A DNA stretch of 64,000 nt from Candidatus Poriferihabitaceae bacterium. GTDB lineage: Bacteria > Pseudomonadota > Gammaproteobacteria > Arenicellales > Poriferihabitantaceae. The notes below the pieces were generated by a model. That model did not search any database. It saw nothing but the letters and a program-made list of their open reading frames with translations, and was not told the DNA's origin. The stretch is taken from NCBI GenBank assembly GCA_965237995.1, contig CBDEGO010000003.1, forward strand, positions 192,511 through 256,510, in the 5' to 3' direction. A program made the translations under genes and the position numbers. Positions 1-9,117 of the stretch are shown piece after piece; the stretch's first letter is position 1; each line of letters starts with the position of its first letter.

Positions 1-335
1 GGTGCCGCTTCTGGTTCTTCAACTTTAGCCAAAGGAGAGGGCTCAGTAATTGCCTTCTTCTTGCGGATGACTAAAGAACGAATGACGGCATCATTGAATT
101 GAAAGTTATTTTCAATTTCGCGCAAAGTTTCAAGGCTAGCCTCGATGTTCATCATCACGTAATGTGCTTTATGTACGTCCTTGATCATATAAGCCAACTG
201 CCGTCGACCCCAATCTTCGGACCGATGAATGGTACCACCGCCTGTTGTTACCATATTCGAGTATCGCTCGATCATGGCCGGGACTTCTTCGCTTTGATCC
301 GGATGGACCAAATAGACTATTTCATAGTGTCGCAT
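1..335 (-). CDS. rpsF: 30S ribosomal protein S6 (C-terminal end runs off the window)
   Basis: Reverse translation from the ATG at 335-333 gives [67 protein letters not shown]..., a canonical S6 N-terminus. AAGAGGAG lies just upstream. It is absent from the ORF track because there is no stop inside the window. Confidence 0.9.
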   Translation of the reverse strand, partial: MRHYEIVYLVHPDQSEEVPAMIERYSNMVTTGGGTIHRSEDWGRRQLAYMIKDVHKAHYVMMNIEASLETLREIENNFQFNDAVIRSLVIRKKKAITEPSPLAKVEEPEAA

Positions 336-750
336 TGTGCTCCTCTTGGAAATTTCCCCCTGACTTACATAAGCAGTGGAGAAAGGAGTTAAAATTCGGC
401 CAACCGCCATAGGCGGCTAGACCAGTAAGGCGCGCGATTCTATTGACATTGACAATAGATAGCAAGCAGCAAATGGCCTAAAAAATAGATGGGTTATCCT
501 GTTTTAGTACAAAAACGACCGACTTTTATATTTTGCCAGTCAATATTTGCTGATTTACAGCGAAAATGTGGGCTTGTTATACCATAAGCATTATTTATTA
601 CTTGATGATAAGCCGCTTATGCAGTTACACTTCGAAGTTGGAGTTGGCACATTAAAAAATTATAGCACGCTTCATTTTTTAACAAGACTTCAACTTTCAA
701 TAAGCCAGTTTGCAACTCGCGAACTCTTATCATTCAATTCGAGGAAAATT

Positions 751-1773
751 ATGAAACTCACTAAAATCGCAGCGATTGCTGCAACAATTTCTTTTGCAGC
801 AACTGGTGCTGTTCAAGCAGGTACTCTGGCAGACGTTCAAGCACGTGATGAATTAAACTGCATTGTAACTACAGGTTTGGCTGGTTTCGCAGCCCCTGAT
901 GAAAACGGCCGTTGGGACGGCTTTGATGCTGGATTCTGCCGCGCGGTAGCAGCCGCAGTATTAGGTGATGGTGAAAAAGTTAAGTTTATACCTTCTACTG
1001 GCAAAACACGTTTTACACTATTAAGTTCTGGCGAAGGGGATATCCTGTTCAGAAACTCTACTGAAACATTATCTCGTGATGCTGATTTAGGTATCGTTTT
1101 CTTACCCGTTAACTACTATGACGGCCAAGGTTTCTTGATCCGTAAGGCAATGGGTGTAAATTCAGCTAAAGATCTAGACGGCGCATCTGTATGTATCCAA
1201 ACAGGTACAACAACAGAACTTAACTTGGCTGATTACTTTCGTATTAACGGCATGAACTACGAGCCAGTTAACATCGAAACTAACGAAGAAGGTATCTCTA
1301 ACTACTCTGCTAACCGTTGTGACTTATATACAACAGACGCTTCAGGTTTAGCTTCAACGCGTGCCGCATTAGATAATCCTAATGACCACGTATTGCTTCC
1401 TGAAATCATCTCTAAAGAGCCACTAGGTGGTGCAGTACGTGAAGGTGATGACGAGTGGCGAGCGATTGGCAAGTGGGTTGTAAATGCTTTGATCAATGCA
1501 GAAGAGTTAGGCGTTACTAAAGCCAACGCAGCAGATCTAGCTAAAACAGCTGGTGACAATCCAAGCATCAACCGCCTTTTAGGTACTGAAGGCAATATGG
1601 GTGAGATACTTGGCTTAGACGCTCAGTGGGCACTACGTGCTATTCAAGCAGGTGGTAACTATGCTGAATTGTTCGACGCCAACATTGGCCCAGATACGCC
1701 TCTAGGTTTAGCGCGTGGTTTGAACGCGTCTTGGAGAGATGGCGGCATCTTATACGCGGCTCCAATTCGATAA
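751..1773 (+). CDS. aapJ: General L-amino-acid ABC transporter, periplasmic substrate-binding protein
   Basis: The start is trimmed to the ATG at 751, preceded by GAGGAAAATT, which yields a signal peptide MKLTKIAAIAATISFAATGAVQA. The protein resembles AapJ/BztA and is followed by two permeases and an ATPase. Confidence 0.85.
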   Translation: MKLTKIAAIAATISFAATGAVQAGTLADVQARDELNCIVTTGLAGFAAPDENGRWDGFDAGFCRAVAAAVLGDGEKVKFIPSTGKTRFTLLSSGEGDILFRNSTETLSRDADLGIVFLPVNYYDGQGFLIRKAMGVNSAKDLDGASVCIQTGTTTELNLADYFRINGMNYEPVNIETNEEGISNYSANRCDLYTTDASGLASTRAALDNPNDHVLLPEIISKEPLGGAVREGDDEWRAIGKWVVNALINAEELGVTKANAADLAKTAGDNPSINRLLGTEGNMGEILGLDAQWALRAIQAGGNYAELFDANIGPDTPLGLARGLNASWRDGGILYAAPIR

Positions 1774-1805
1774 CCAAGTTAGGTTACTGAATTTTAGATC
1801 GTACA

Positions 1806-1833
1806 TTGGGGCGCTTAGGCGCCCCAATTTGGT
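1806..1833 (+). terminator. Intercistronic hairpin/partial terminator after the binding-protein gene
   Basis: TTGGGGCGC-TTAG-GCGCCCCAA is a 9-bp perfect stem followed by TTTGGTT. It lies between aapJ and aapQ. Confidence 0.6.
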
Positions 1834-1953
1834 TCTACAGTTTGCACAACCAAAGATGCAGAACTTCAAGCCACCTACCCTTACAGACAATCATTCAAGG
1901 CGGGCAAGCTTTATTGGCCTTCCGTTATTTGAAGCCTTCAAAAATTAAAATCA

Positions 1954-3156
1954 ATGAGTGAATCTACCATCACCCCAAATGCGCTAGCGCAGCGCAGTGT
2001 TATATCCAGATTATGGAATGACAAAGAAACACGATCAGTGATAATTCAAGTTATTGCCATGGTGTTAATCTTCGCCTTTTTTGCCTATGCCATTCGCAAC
2101 GCAGTAGTGAACTTGGAAGCGTTAGGCAAAGGATTTAGTTTCAGCTTTTTAGCTCAACCGTCCAGCTACGATATCAACCAGCATTTTATCGAATATACCT
2201 CTCGATCAAGTCATTTTAGAGCCATGCAAGTGGGTATTCTAAACACACTGTTGGTCGCAATCGCTGGCATCGTACTCGCTACAATACTAGGTTTTATCTT
2301 AGGCGTACTACGTTTATCGAAAAATTGGCTAACCAACAAACTGGCTTATTTTTACATCGAATACGTACGTAACGTACCCGTGTTACTACATATCTTGTTA
2401 GTACATGGCATTATCGTACATAGTCTACCTGTTCCCAAAAAGGCGATTACCGTTGGCGATGGTGCTTTTTTGACCAATCGTGGTTTCTTCACACCTAAAC
2501 CCCTTTACGAGCCGCTATTTTGGATAGTCGCTGCTTTATTTGTTGGTGGCGTTATTTTTACTTGGCTGTTTCGACGTCATGCCAAGAAAGTCCAAGATGC
2601 AACCGGCAAAATCTACCCAGTTGGCTGGATTAGTTTAGGAGCCATCATTGGCGTTCCACTATTAGCTTATTTCTTATTAGGTAGTCCGATTACCTGGGAG
2701 ATTCCCGAATTAAAAGGGTTTAACTACAAGGGTGGTATGGTAATTCGCCCTGAATTTATCGCGTTATGGCTTGCTCTGTCTTTGTATACGGCCGCATTTA
2801 TCGGCGAGATCGTTAGAGCAGGCATTACTGCGGTTAGCTACGGGCAAACCGAAGCGGCCTCTGCGTTGGGAATTAATCGAAACCGTACGCTTAGCTTAGT
2901 GGTTATACCGCAAGCATTACGTATCATCATCCCACCTCTAACAAGCCAATACCTTAATTTAGCAAAGAATTCTTCTTTGGCAGTTGCGATTGGTTATATG
3001 GATATCGTAGCAACCATCGGTGGTATCTCACTCAATCAAACTGGGCGAGAAATGGAATGCATGACCATTGTGCTATTGCTGTATTTGGTGATCTCCTTAT
3101 TTATCTCCGCGGTGATGAACTGGTACAACAACCGCATGAAACTGGTAGAGCGCTAG
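1954..3156 (+). CDS. aapQ: Amino-acid ABC transporter permease
   Basis: The 400-aa protein is multi-TM and has the EAA-type loop region (SYGQTEAASALGINRNRTLSLVVIPQALR) typical of polar amino-acid permeases. Confidence 0.85.
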   Translation: MSESTITPNALAQRSVISRLWNDKETRSVIIQVIAMVLIFAFFAYAIRNAVVNLEALGKGFSFSFLAQPSSYDINQHFIEYTSRSSHFRAMQVGILNTLLVAIAGIVLATILGFILGVLRLSKNWLTNKLAYFYIEYVRNVPVLLHILLVHGIIVHSLPVPKKAITVGDGAFLTNRGFFTPKPLYEPLFWIVAALFVGGVIFTWLFRRHAKKVQDATGKIYPVGWISLGAIIGVPLLAYFLLGSPITWEIPELKGFNYKGGMVIRPEFIALWLALSLYTAAFIGEIVRAGITAVSYGQTEAASALGINRNRTLSLVVIPQALRIIIPPLTSQYLNLAKNSSLAVAIGYMDIVATIGGISLNQTGREMECMTIVLLLYLVISLFISAVMNWYNNRMKLVER

Positions 3157-3165
3157 GACATAAAA

Positions 3166-4275
3166 ATGAAAGAAAATAATTATACAGTAGGTGAACACCC
3201 TGATTTAGCACCACCCGCTAATCTGGTCGGGCCAATGGCGTGGATAAAAAATAATTTATTCGCAACGCCGGCAAATATAGTCATGTCTATTCTGGTGATG
3301 TGGCTGTTGTATAAAATCATCCCGCCGATGGCGAATTGGATGTTTTTCGATGCAGCCTTTACAGGCGAAGACCGTAATGCTTGTCGGGCTGTCGCAGATG
3401 GTGCGTGCTGGGCGTTTATCAATGAACGGATGCAACTATTCACCTACGGGTTTTACCCGCATGCAGAGCGCTGGCGAGTCAACCTTTCCTTTATTCTACT
3501 GGTAATTGCCGTTGTACCTATCTTGTTCGACAAGGTCCCATTTCGTAAGTATGGCTTGTATTTCTCATTGGCTTTCCCATTTATTGCAGCGTGGTTATTA
3601 TTGGGCGGCCTTGGTTTAACGCCTGTCTCTACCGATCGCTTTGGCGGGTTTATGCTTACCATGGTCATCGGCGTAACGGGTATTGCAGCATCCTTGCCAA
3701 TCGGTATTTGTTTAGCACTAGGACGACAATCTCAGCTTCCGCTGATTCGCATATTTTGTGTCGCCTTTATTGAATTTATTCGTGGCGTACCGCTGATTAC
3801 ACTGTTGTTTGTATCATCGACCATGTTGAGCTATTTCCTACCACCAGGCACGAAATTTGACTTACTGCTGCGTGTATTGATAATGGTAACGCTGTTTGCT
3901 TCAGCCTATATGGCAGAAGTAATCCGCGGCGGCTTACAAGCAATCCCTAAGGGGCAAACTGAAGCCGCAGACTCCATGGGCCTTAAATATTGGTCTTCAA
4001 TGCGTTTGATCGTATTACCACAAGCCTTAAAAATTTCTATCCCTGGCATTGTGAATACGTTTATCGGTTTATATAAAGACACCACCTTGGTGCTGATTAT
4101 TGGTTTGTTTGACCCACTGGGTATTGGTCGAGCATCCTTGGCCGATACCAAGTGGACAGGCCTTTCAACCGAAGTATATTTATTCGTCGCCCTATTCTTC
4201 TTCATATCTTGTTTTGCTATGGCCCGTTACTCACTCTATCTAGAAAGCAAATTGGAGACCGGACACAAACGATAA
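3166..4275 (+). CDS. aapM: Amino-acid ABC transporter permease
   Basis: The 369-aa protein is multi-TM with the loop KGQTEAADSMGLKYWSSMRLIVLPQALK. It is the second permease of the operon. Confidence 0.85.
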   Translation: MKENNYTVGEHPDLAPPANLVGPMAWIKNNLFATPANIVMSILVMWLLYKIIPPMANWMFFDAAFTGEDRNACRAVADGACWAFINERMQLFTYGFYPHAERWRVNLSFILLVIAVVPILFDKVPFRKYGLYFSLAFPFIAAWLLLGGLGLTPVSTDRFGGFMLTMVIGVTGIAASLPIGICLALGRQSQLPLIRIFCVAFIEFIRGVPLITLLFVSSTMLSYFLPPGTKFDLLLRVLIMVTLFASAYMAEVIRGGLQAIPKGQTEAADSMGLKYWSSMRLIVLPQALKISIPGIVNTFIGLYKDTTLVLIIGLFDPLGIGRASLADTKWTGLSTEVYLFVALFFFISCFAMARYSLYLESKLETGHKR

Positions 4276-4328
4276 GAACCCGTTAAGGCGCTTATTAGTA
4301 AGCGCTCACAAATTTAAGAGATAAAACT

Positions 4329-5102
4329 ATGACAGATCAAAATCAAGCTGCCACTGCAACCAACTCAGAATTGGCGATAGAAATCCGTAACATGCATAAG
4401 TGGTACGGACAGTTTCATGTGCTTAAAGACATCAATCTAGATGTCACACGTGGAGAGAAAATCGTAGTTTGCGGCCCTTCTGGTTCAGGCAAATCAACCA
4501 TGATCCGCTGCATCAACCGCCTAGAAGAGCACCAAAAAGGTGACATCATTGTTGATGGCACCGAGCTTACTAATGATTTAAAAAATATCGAAGCGGTTAG
4601 ACGAGAGGTTGGAATGGTATTCCAACACTTTAACTTATTTCCACATTTAACCATTTTAGAAAATTGTACACTCGCGCCAATTTGGGTACGTAAAACACCT
4701 AAAGCGGAAGCAGAAGATATAGCCATGCAGTTTCTTGAGCGGGTCAAAATTCCAGAGCAAGCGAATAAGTACCCCGGTCAGTTATCAGGCGGGCAACAGC
4801 AACGTGTCGCCATTGCGCGCAGCTTATGTATGCGCCCACGCATCATGCTTTTTGACGAGCCTACATCAGCACTTGACCCTGAAATGATCAAGGAGGTTCT
4901 CGATACAATGATTGAACTTGCGAATGAGGGGATTACCATGATTTGTGTTACCCACGAAATGGGTTTCGCCAAAACAGTGGCCGACCGCGTCATTTTCATG
5001 GATGGTGGAGAAATTATCGAAGAAAATAACCCACAAGAATTCTTCGAAAATGCGCAACACGAGCGTACCAAATTATTCTTGAGCCAAATTCTAGAGCACT
5101 AA
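4329..5102 (+). CDS. aapP: Amino-acid ABC transporter ATP-binding protein
   Basis: Walker A is GPSGSGKST, the signature is [13 protein letters not shown] and Walker B is [10 protein letters not shown]. Confidence 0.92.
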   Translation: MTDQNQAATATNSELAIEIRNMHKWYGQFHVLKDINLDVTRGEKIVVCGPSGSGKSTMIRCINRLEEHQKGDIIVDGTELTNDLKNIEAVRREVGMVFQHFNLFPHLTILENCTLAPIWVRKTPKAEAEDIAMQFLERVKIPEQANKYPGQLSGGQQQRVAIARSLCMRPRIMLFDEPTSALDPEMIKEVLDTMIELANEGITMICVTHEMGFAKTVADRVIFMDGGEIIEENNPQEFFENAQHERTKLFLSQILEH

Positions 5103-5123
5103 ACACCACTCGGTACACTATTT

Positions 5124-5158
5124 AGGGTGCGTATTCGTTAGATTACGCGCCCTTTTTA
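5124..5158 (+). terminator. Rho-independent terminator of the aap operon
   Basis: AGGGTGCGTA...TACGCGCCCT forms a stem with one G-U pair, followed by TTTTTA. It overlaps the last codons of the convergent ORF 5143..5598. Confidence 0.6.
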
Positions 5159-5598
5159 TGCACTTTTGTTTCCCAAATAGGGTTTAGCTGGTCATCTTGA
5201 TGCCAAGCCCACGCGCAATCTAACAAAGTGCGTATTTTAGCTAATCCCTTGCACCCATCTTGTAATATACATTGAATCGCTGTACGACCGCGTAGCTTAC
5301 TGTTACGTTGTTGCATCCACGCGACCCCTGCGCCGCTTTGAGAAGGGTAACTAGTTTGCAACGCGGTATCTATCCCTAATACATGGTCGACTCTTTGCAC
5401 CGAATCTGGCGACTCAGGTATTGGCTTCATCCCGCTGGTGTAGCTAGATAGCTGTCTTTGCTTAATGCACTCTTGCAAACCTAGAATGGTTAAATGCGCA
5501 TCACTACTGACACCCCAATGGTTTAACACTTGTATAGCGGTAGCTAGTTGTGCAGCACTTATCGGCGGCAAAATACCAATTTGTGTAGAAGGTGACAT
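5143..5598 (-). CDS. Hypothetical protein, DUF2384-like (Xre/MbcA/ParS antitoxin-type C-terminal domain)
   Basis: The C-terminal segment WMQQRNSKLRGRTAIQCILQDGCKGLAKIRTLL resembles the DUF2384 signature (W..pn..LgG.tP.e.l..g....v...L). No RES-type partner gene is adjacent. Confidence 0.4.
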   Translation of the reverse strand: MSPSTQIGILPPISAAQLATAIQVLNHWGVSSDAHLTILGLQECIKQRQLSSYTSGMKPIPESPDSVQRVDHVLGIDTALQTSYPSQSGAGVAWMQQRNSKLRGRTAIQCILQDGCKGLAKIRTLLDCAWAWHQDDQLNPIWETKVHKKGA

Positions 5599-5676
5599 AC
5601 GATAAGAATTGATAACTGGATGGTTGCCCCCAATAATACGGATAAGTTAAGTAAACCTATACCCCCAATTGTGCCT

Positions 5677-6354
5677 ATGCAGACAAAAATACTGGTTATT
5701 GAAGATGATAAAAAGACAGCAGATTTCATCGAGCATGGGCTAAAGACGTCGGACTACGACGTTACCCTTAGTCACTCGGGAGGAGACGGCTTTGCATTAG
5801 CGCTGCAAGGAGAATTCGATATCCTAATTGTAGATCGTATGCTGCCCATCATGGACGGATTATCTATCGTTGAGAAACTACGTGCGGCGCAGATTCCTTC
5901 AGCTATTTTATTCTTGAGCGCGCTGGGCGAAGTAGATGACCGTGTCGCTGGTTTGAATGCGGGTGCCGATGATTACCTCCCAAAGCCATTTGCAATGCCA
6001 GAGTTGATTGCGCGTGTCGAAGCTTTAACCAGGCGTTCGCAAGCGGAGCAACCTGCAAGTGTGTTACGAGTAGGCGAACTATCGATGGACTTAATCAGCC
6101 GAACGGTCGAACGCGATGCAACAGAAATTATTTTAAAACCTAGAGAGTTTCGATTATTAGAGTATTTCATGCATAATAGTAACCAAGTTATCACCCGCAT
6201 GATGTTGCTAGAGAAAGTCTGGGACTATCACTTTGATCCGCAAACCAATGTGATTGATGTCCACATAAGTCGCTTACGCTCAAAAATTGACAAGCCGTTT
6301 AGTTCAGCCATGTTAGAGACTATTCGCGGCTCCGGGTACATGCTACGTGGCTAA
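5677..6354 (+). CDS. OmpR-family two-component response regulator
   Basis: The start is trimmed to MQTKILVIEDD. The receiver domain carries the phospho-acceptor context ILIVDRMLP. The C-terminal winged helix includes VIDVHISRLRSKI. Confidence 0.9.
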   Translation: MQTKILVIEDDKKTADFIEHGLKTSDYDVTLSHSGGDGFALALQGEFDILIVDRMLPIMDGLSIVEKLRAAQIPSAILFLSALGEVDDRVAGLNAGADDYLPKPFAMPELIARVEALTRRSQAEQPASVLRVGELSMDLISRTVERDATEIILKPREFRLLEYFMHNSNQVITRMMLLEKVWDYHFDPQTNVIDVHISRLRSKIDKPFSSAMLETIRGSGYMLRG

Positions 6355-7720
6355 ACGGCCACTGTTGGTCCAAAATAGCTTCAGCGTTAGACTGGGGTTG
6401 ATGTATCTTTTGCTTTTCTTGCTATCTAGCCTAGTACTATTTGCATTTATCTATTTTGCGAATACGCGTGATTTAGAACAACAATTGTCGGATAACTTAA
6501 AGCAAGAAAGCGCCTTATTTAGTGAACGCTATAAACAGTTTGGCCTAAATGGTGTGATCCGCTTGTTAGCGTTTAGAGCCCAAAATCACACTGATTTAGG
6601 CGTCTTTGCCTTGAGCGATAACAATGACGATATTCTAGCGGGTACCATTGGGCAATGGCCCAGTTTAATTGATCACAGCGGCAGCACCGAGTTTCAACTA
6701 CGCCTTGACGAAGACCAAAATCCGCATCCAATCATTGCAGAAATAAGCCATTTAGATACTAACTATAAATTACTTCTAGGCAAGTCAAAACGCAGTATAG
6801 AACACATTCAAAGCCGCTTAGTTAAAACATTTATAAGCGCATCGGTTGTGACGCTACTCCTAGGAATAGCGGGGGCATTTTGGCTATCTAAACGTGCGAT
6901 ACGACGGATAGAGAGAATAAACCGGCTGGTAAATACCACCATACAAGGGGACTTAACAAAGCGCCTTACTGTCAGCGATCCAGTGGATGACCTTGACGAT
7001 TTATCTCTTAACATTAACGTGATGTTAGATCGCATTCAAACGCTGATGTCTGAGGTATCTGGCGTTGCCAATAATATCGCACACGACCTACGTACACCGC
7101 TGTCTCACTTGCGGCTACAACTAGAGGAGATGCAAGACCATACAGATGATCTTGACCCAAGTTCACATGAAAAGCTAGAGGATGCTATCCAATCAGCAGA
7201 TCATATCCTTGACACCTTTAACGCCTTATTACGGATTTCAAAAATAGAGTCCACTAAACAACGAGAGTCGTTTGCGATGATAAAGCTGCACGAAATTGTG
7301 GAAGACGTCATCGATTTGTATGAGCCTCTGGCGGAAGATAAAAATCAAACTCTTAACGCGGTCGAATTAAGCAACTGTATTGTCCATGGTGATAAAAATA
7401 TGCTGTTTCAAGGCTTATCAAACCTAGTAGACAACGCGATAAAGCATACCGAAAGCGGAACCCAAATAGATATATCGTTAACTAAACGCAAAGGCAAAAC
7501 CAACTTAAGTGTATGTGATGATGGTGTCGGTGTCGCCGACGACGAGTTGCACCACCTCACTAAACGTTTTTTTCAAACAGATAGCAGTCGATCAACCAAA
7601 GGTAACGGGCTAGGCCTTAGCCTTGTCGACGCGGTCGTCAAACTTCATCGCGCTACCTTAAGTTTAGATAACACTGATGGCGGGTTTTGCGCAAACATTG
7701 AATTTCCTCAACACTCATAG
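6347..7720 (+). CDS. Sensor histidine kinase (two TM segments, HAMP, HisKA, HATPase_c)
   Basis: The H-box is IAHDLRTPLSHL, the N-box is LVDNAIKHT and the G-box is GNGLGLSLV. The GTG start overlaps the regulator stop (GTGGCTAA). Confidence 0.9.
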   Translation: MAKRPLLVQNSFSVRLGLMYLLLFLLSSLVLFAFIYFANTRDLEQQLSDNLKQESALFSERYKQFGLNGVIRLLAFRAQNHTDLGVFALSDNNDDILAGTIGQWPSLIDHSGSTEFQLRLDEDQNPHPIIAEISHLDTNYKLLLGKSKRSIEHIQSRLVKTFISASVVTLLLGIAGAFWLSKRAIRRIERINRLVNTTIQGDLTKRLTVSDPVDDLDDLSLNINVMLDRIQTLMSEVSGVANNIAHDLRTPLSHLRLQLEEMQDHTDDLDPSSHEKLEDAIQSADHILDTFNALLRISKIESTKQRESFAMIKLHEIVEDVIDLYEPLAEDKNQTLNAVELSNCIVHGDKNMLFQGLSNLVDNAIKHTESGTQIDISLTKRKGKTNLSVCDDGVGVADDELHHLTKRFFQTDSSRSTKGNGLGLSLVDAVVKLHRATLSLDNTDGGFCANIEFPQHS

Positions 7721-7735
7721 CGCACCGCTAAAAGC

Positions 7736-8911
7736 CTAGTTTAAGCTAGCGCTCAAATCATCTATTAAATCATCTGCCGCTTCTAGTCCAACTGAAAATC
7801 GCAGTAAAGAATTGGTGATTCCACAACGGGCACGCTCTTCATCAGACAGCCTAACATGTGTAGTGCTGGCTGGGTGCGTGATAATCGAACGTGAATCCCC
7901 TAGATTGACTGAGATCGAGATGAGTTCGCATTGATCAATCAACTTCCATGCCGCTGCTTGCCCGCCTTTTAAACTAAACGATAACATTCCACCAAAGCCA
8001 CTTTGTTGAACGCAAGCTAGTTGATGGTGTGCGCTAGTTTCAAGGCCGGGGTAAAACACTTCGTCCACTGCATCTTGCGTTGTTAACCAGTTAGCTAGTG
8101 TCAGCGCATTATCACAATGCTGGCGCATCCTTAATGACAAAGTATGCAAGCCTTGATTCATAACCCAAGCGTTCATCGGGCTTAAGCTCGCTCCTGCGGT
8201 ACGTATAATTGAAAAAATATCATCGTAGGTTTGTTTATCGTTCAAACAAATCGCGCCTGCCATTACCCTTCCCTGGCCATCTAGGTATTTAGTTCCAGAA
8301 TGAACGACGATATCCGCACCAAGCTGAAGTGGGGTCTGCAAGATAGGAGTACTGTATGTGCTATCAACGACTAATAATGCACCGCGCCGGTGCGCTATAT
8401 CAGCGACAAATTGAATATCTTCTAGTTCACATAACGGATTAGTGGGAGTCTCCACAAAGAACAACTTAGTGCTACTTTGAGCAGCTTGCTCCCAGCCATC
8501 TTTATCACCTATATCAACGTATGTGACAGATACACCAAACCGCTTTAGTATTTTTTCAAATAAAACGATCGTCGCGCCGAATAAAGAACTCGAAGCCACA
8601 ATATGATCACCCTGCGATAGCAAACCCATCATAATGGCATTAATCGCCGCCATGCCAGTTGCAGTGGTGATGCAGTACTCCGCGCCTTCTAGCGCCGCCA
8701 GCTTGCGCTCAAAGGCTTGTACAGTAGGGTTAGTGATACGGCCATAAACAGGGCCTTCTTCATCGCCATTAAAGCGCGCCGCAGCTTGCGCTGCGGACTC
8801 GAATACGAAACCCGAGGTTAAATAAAGTGGCTCGCTATGTTCGCCAAAACGACTTCTTTCTTGCCCAGCCCTAATCGCTAGTGTTTCTGGACGATAGTTC
8901 TTTTCTTTCAT
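7736..8911 (-). CDS. metZ: O-succinylhomoserine sulfhydrylase (Cys/Met-metabolism PLP enzyme)
   Basis: The start is trimmed to MKEKNYRPETLAIRAG. The protein aligns by eye with MetZ-type sequences along its length (SGFVFESAAQAAARF, HSGTKYLDGQGR with the PLP lysine, ITHPASTTH). Confidence 0.85.
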   Translation of the reverse strand: MKEKNYRPETLAIRAGQERSRFGEHSEPLYLTSGFVFESAAQAAARFNGDEEGPVYGRITNPTVQAFERKLAALEGAEYCITTATGMAAINAIMMGLLSQGDHIVASSSLFGATIVLFEKILKRFGVSVTYVDIGDKDGWEQAAQSSTKLFFVETPTNPLCELEDIQFVADIAHRRGALLVVDSTYSTPILQTPLQLGADIVVHSGTKYLDGQGRVMAGAICLNDKQTYDDIFSIIRTAGASLSPMNAWVMNQGLHTLSLRMRQHCDNALTLANWLTTQDAVDEVFYPGLETSAHHQLACVQQSGFGGMLSFSLKGGQAAAWKLIDQCELISISVNLGDSRSIITHPASTTHVRLSDEERARCGITNSLLRFSVGLEAADDLIDDLSASLN

Positions 8912-8931
8912 ATACCTGTTCACCAAATAAA

Positions 8932-8962
8932 AAACCCACCTTGCAATTGCTAAAGCGGGTTT
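8932..8962 (-). terminator. Leader terminator/attenuator about 20 nt upstream of the metZ start
   Basis: On the minus-strand RNA, AAACCCGC...GGUGGGUUU forms an 8-bp stem including one G-U pair, followed by UUUUUUAUUU. Confidence 0.6.
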
Positions 8963-9039
8963 CGTTAAGATCAGGCCCATCTTTAGCGGTATTTATAGAG
9001 CGCCCGCAAGCTTGATTCAAATCGGCGCGTTATGGTTGC

Positions 9040-9068
9040 ATTATGGAGACAGCATACTAGGTTGTCAA
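9040..9068 (-). promoter_or_regulatory. Sigma70-type promoter for the metZ leader
   Basis: On the minus strand, TTGACA (9068-9063) is separated by a 17-nt spacer from CATAAT (9045-9040). Confidence 0.55.
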
Positions 9069-9117
9069 CGTCATAAGGAAAATAGACTGCAACAACTCGC
9101 TATAAGGTAGCTGTTAA

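Noticed and set aside
99-392. A 97-aa plus-strand ORF at the window start.
   Set aside because: It is the antisense shadow of rpsF, whose translation on the minus strand is unmistakable.
336-440. A possible S6:S18 autoregulatory leader structure upstream of rpsF, including the hairpin GCCGCCTATGGCGGC.
   Set aside because: This is plausible from established knowledge. I could not match the conserved motif by eye, so it needs an Rfam scan before it can be called.
443-454. A tandem TTGACATTGACA in the rpsF/aapJ intergenic region, considered as a possible double -35 element.
   Set aside because: I found no convincing -10 at proper spacing on either strand, and it lies about 300 bp from aapJ.
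547-750. An N-terminal extension of the aapJ ORF (start at 547).
   Set aside because: The extension precedes a perfect signal peptide that starts at the ATG at 751 with a good RBS. The extension has no homology-like features.
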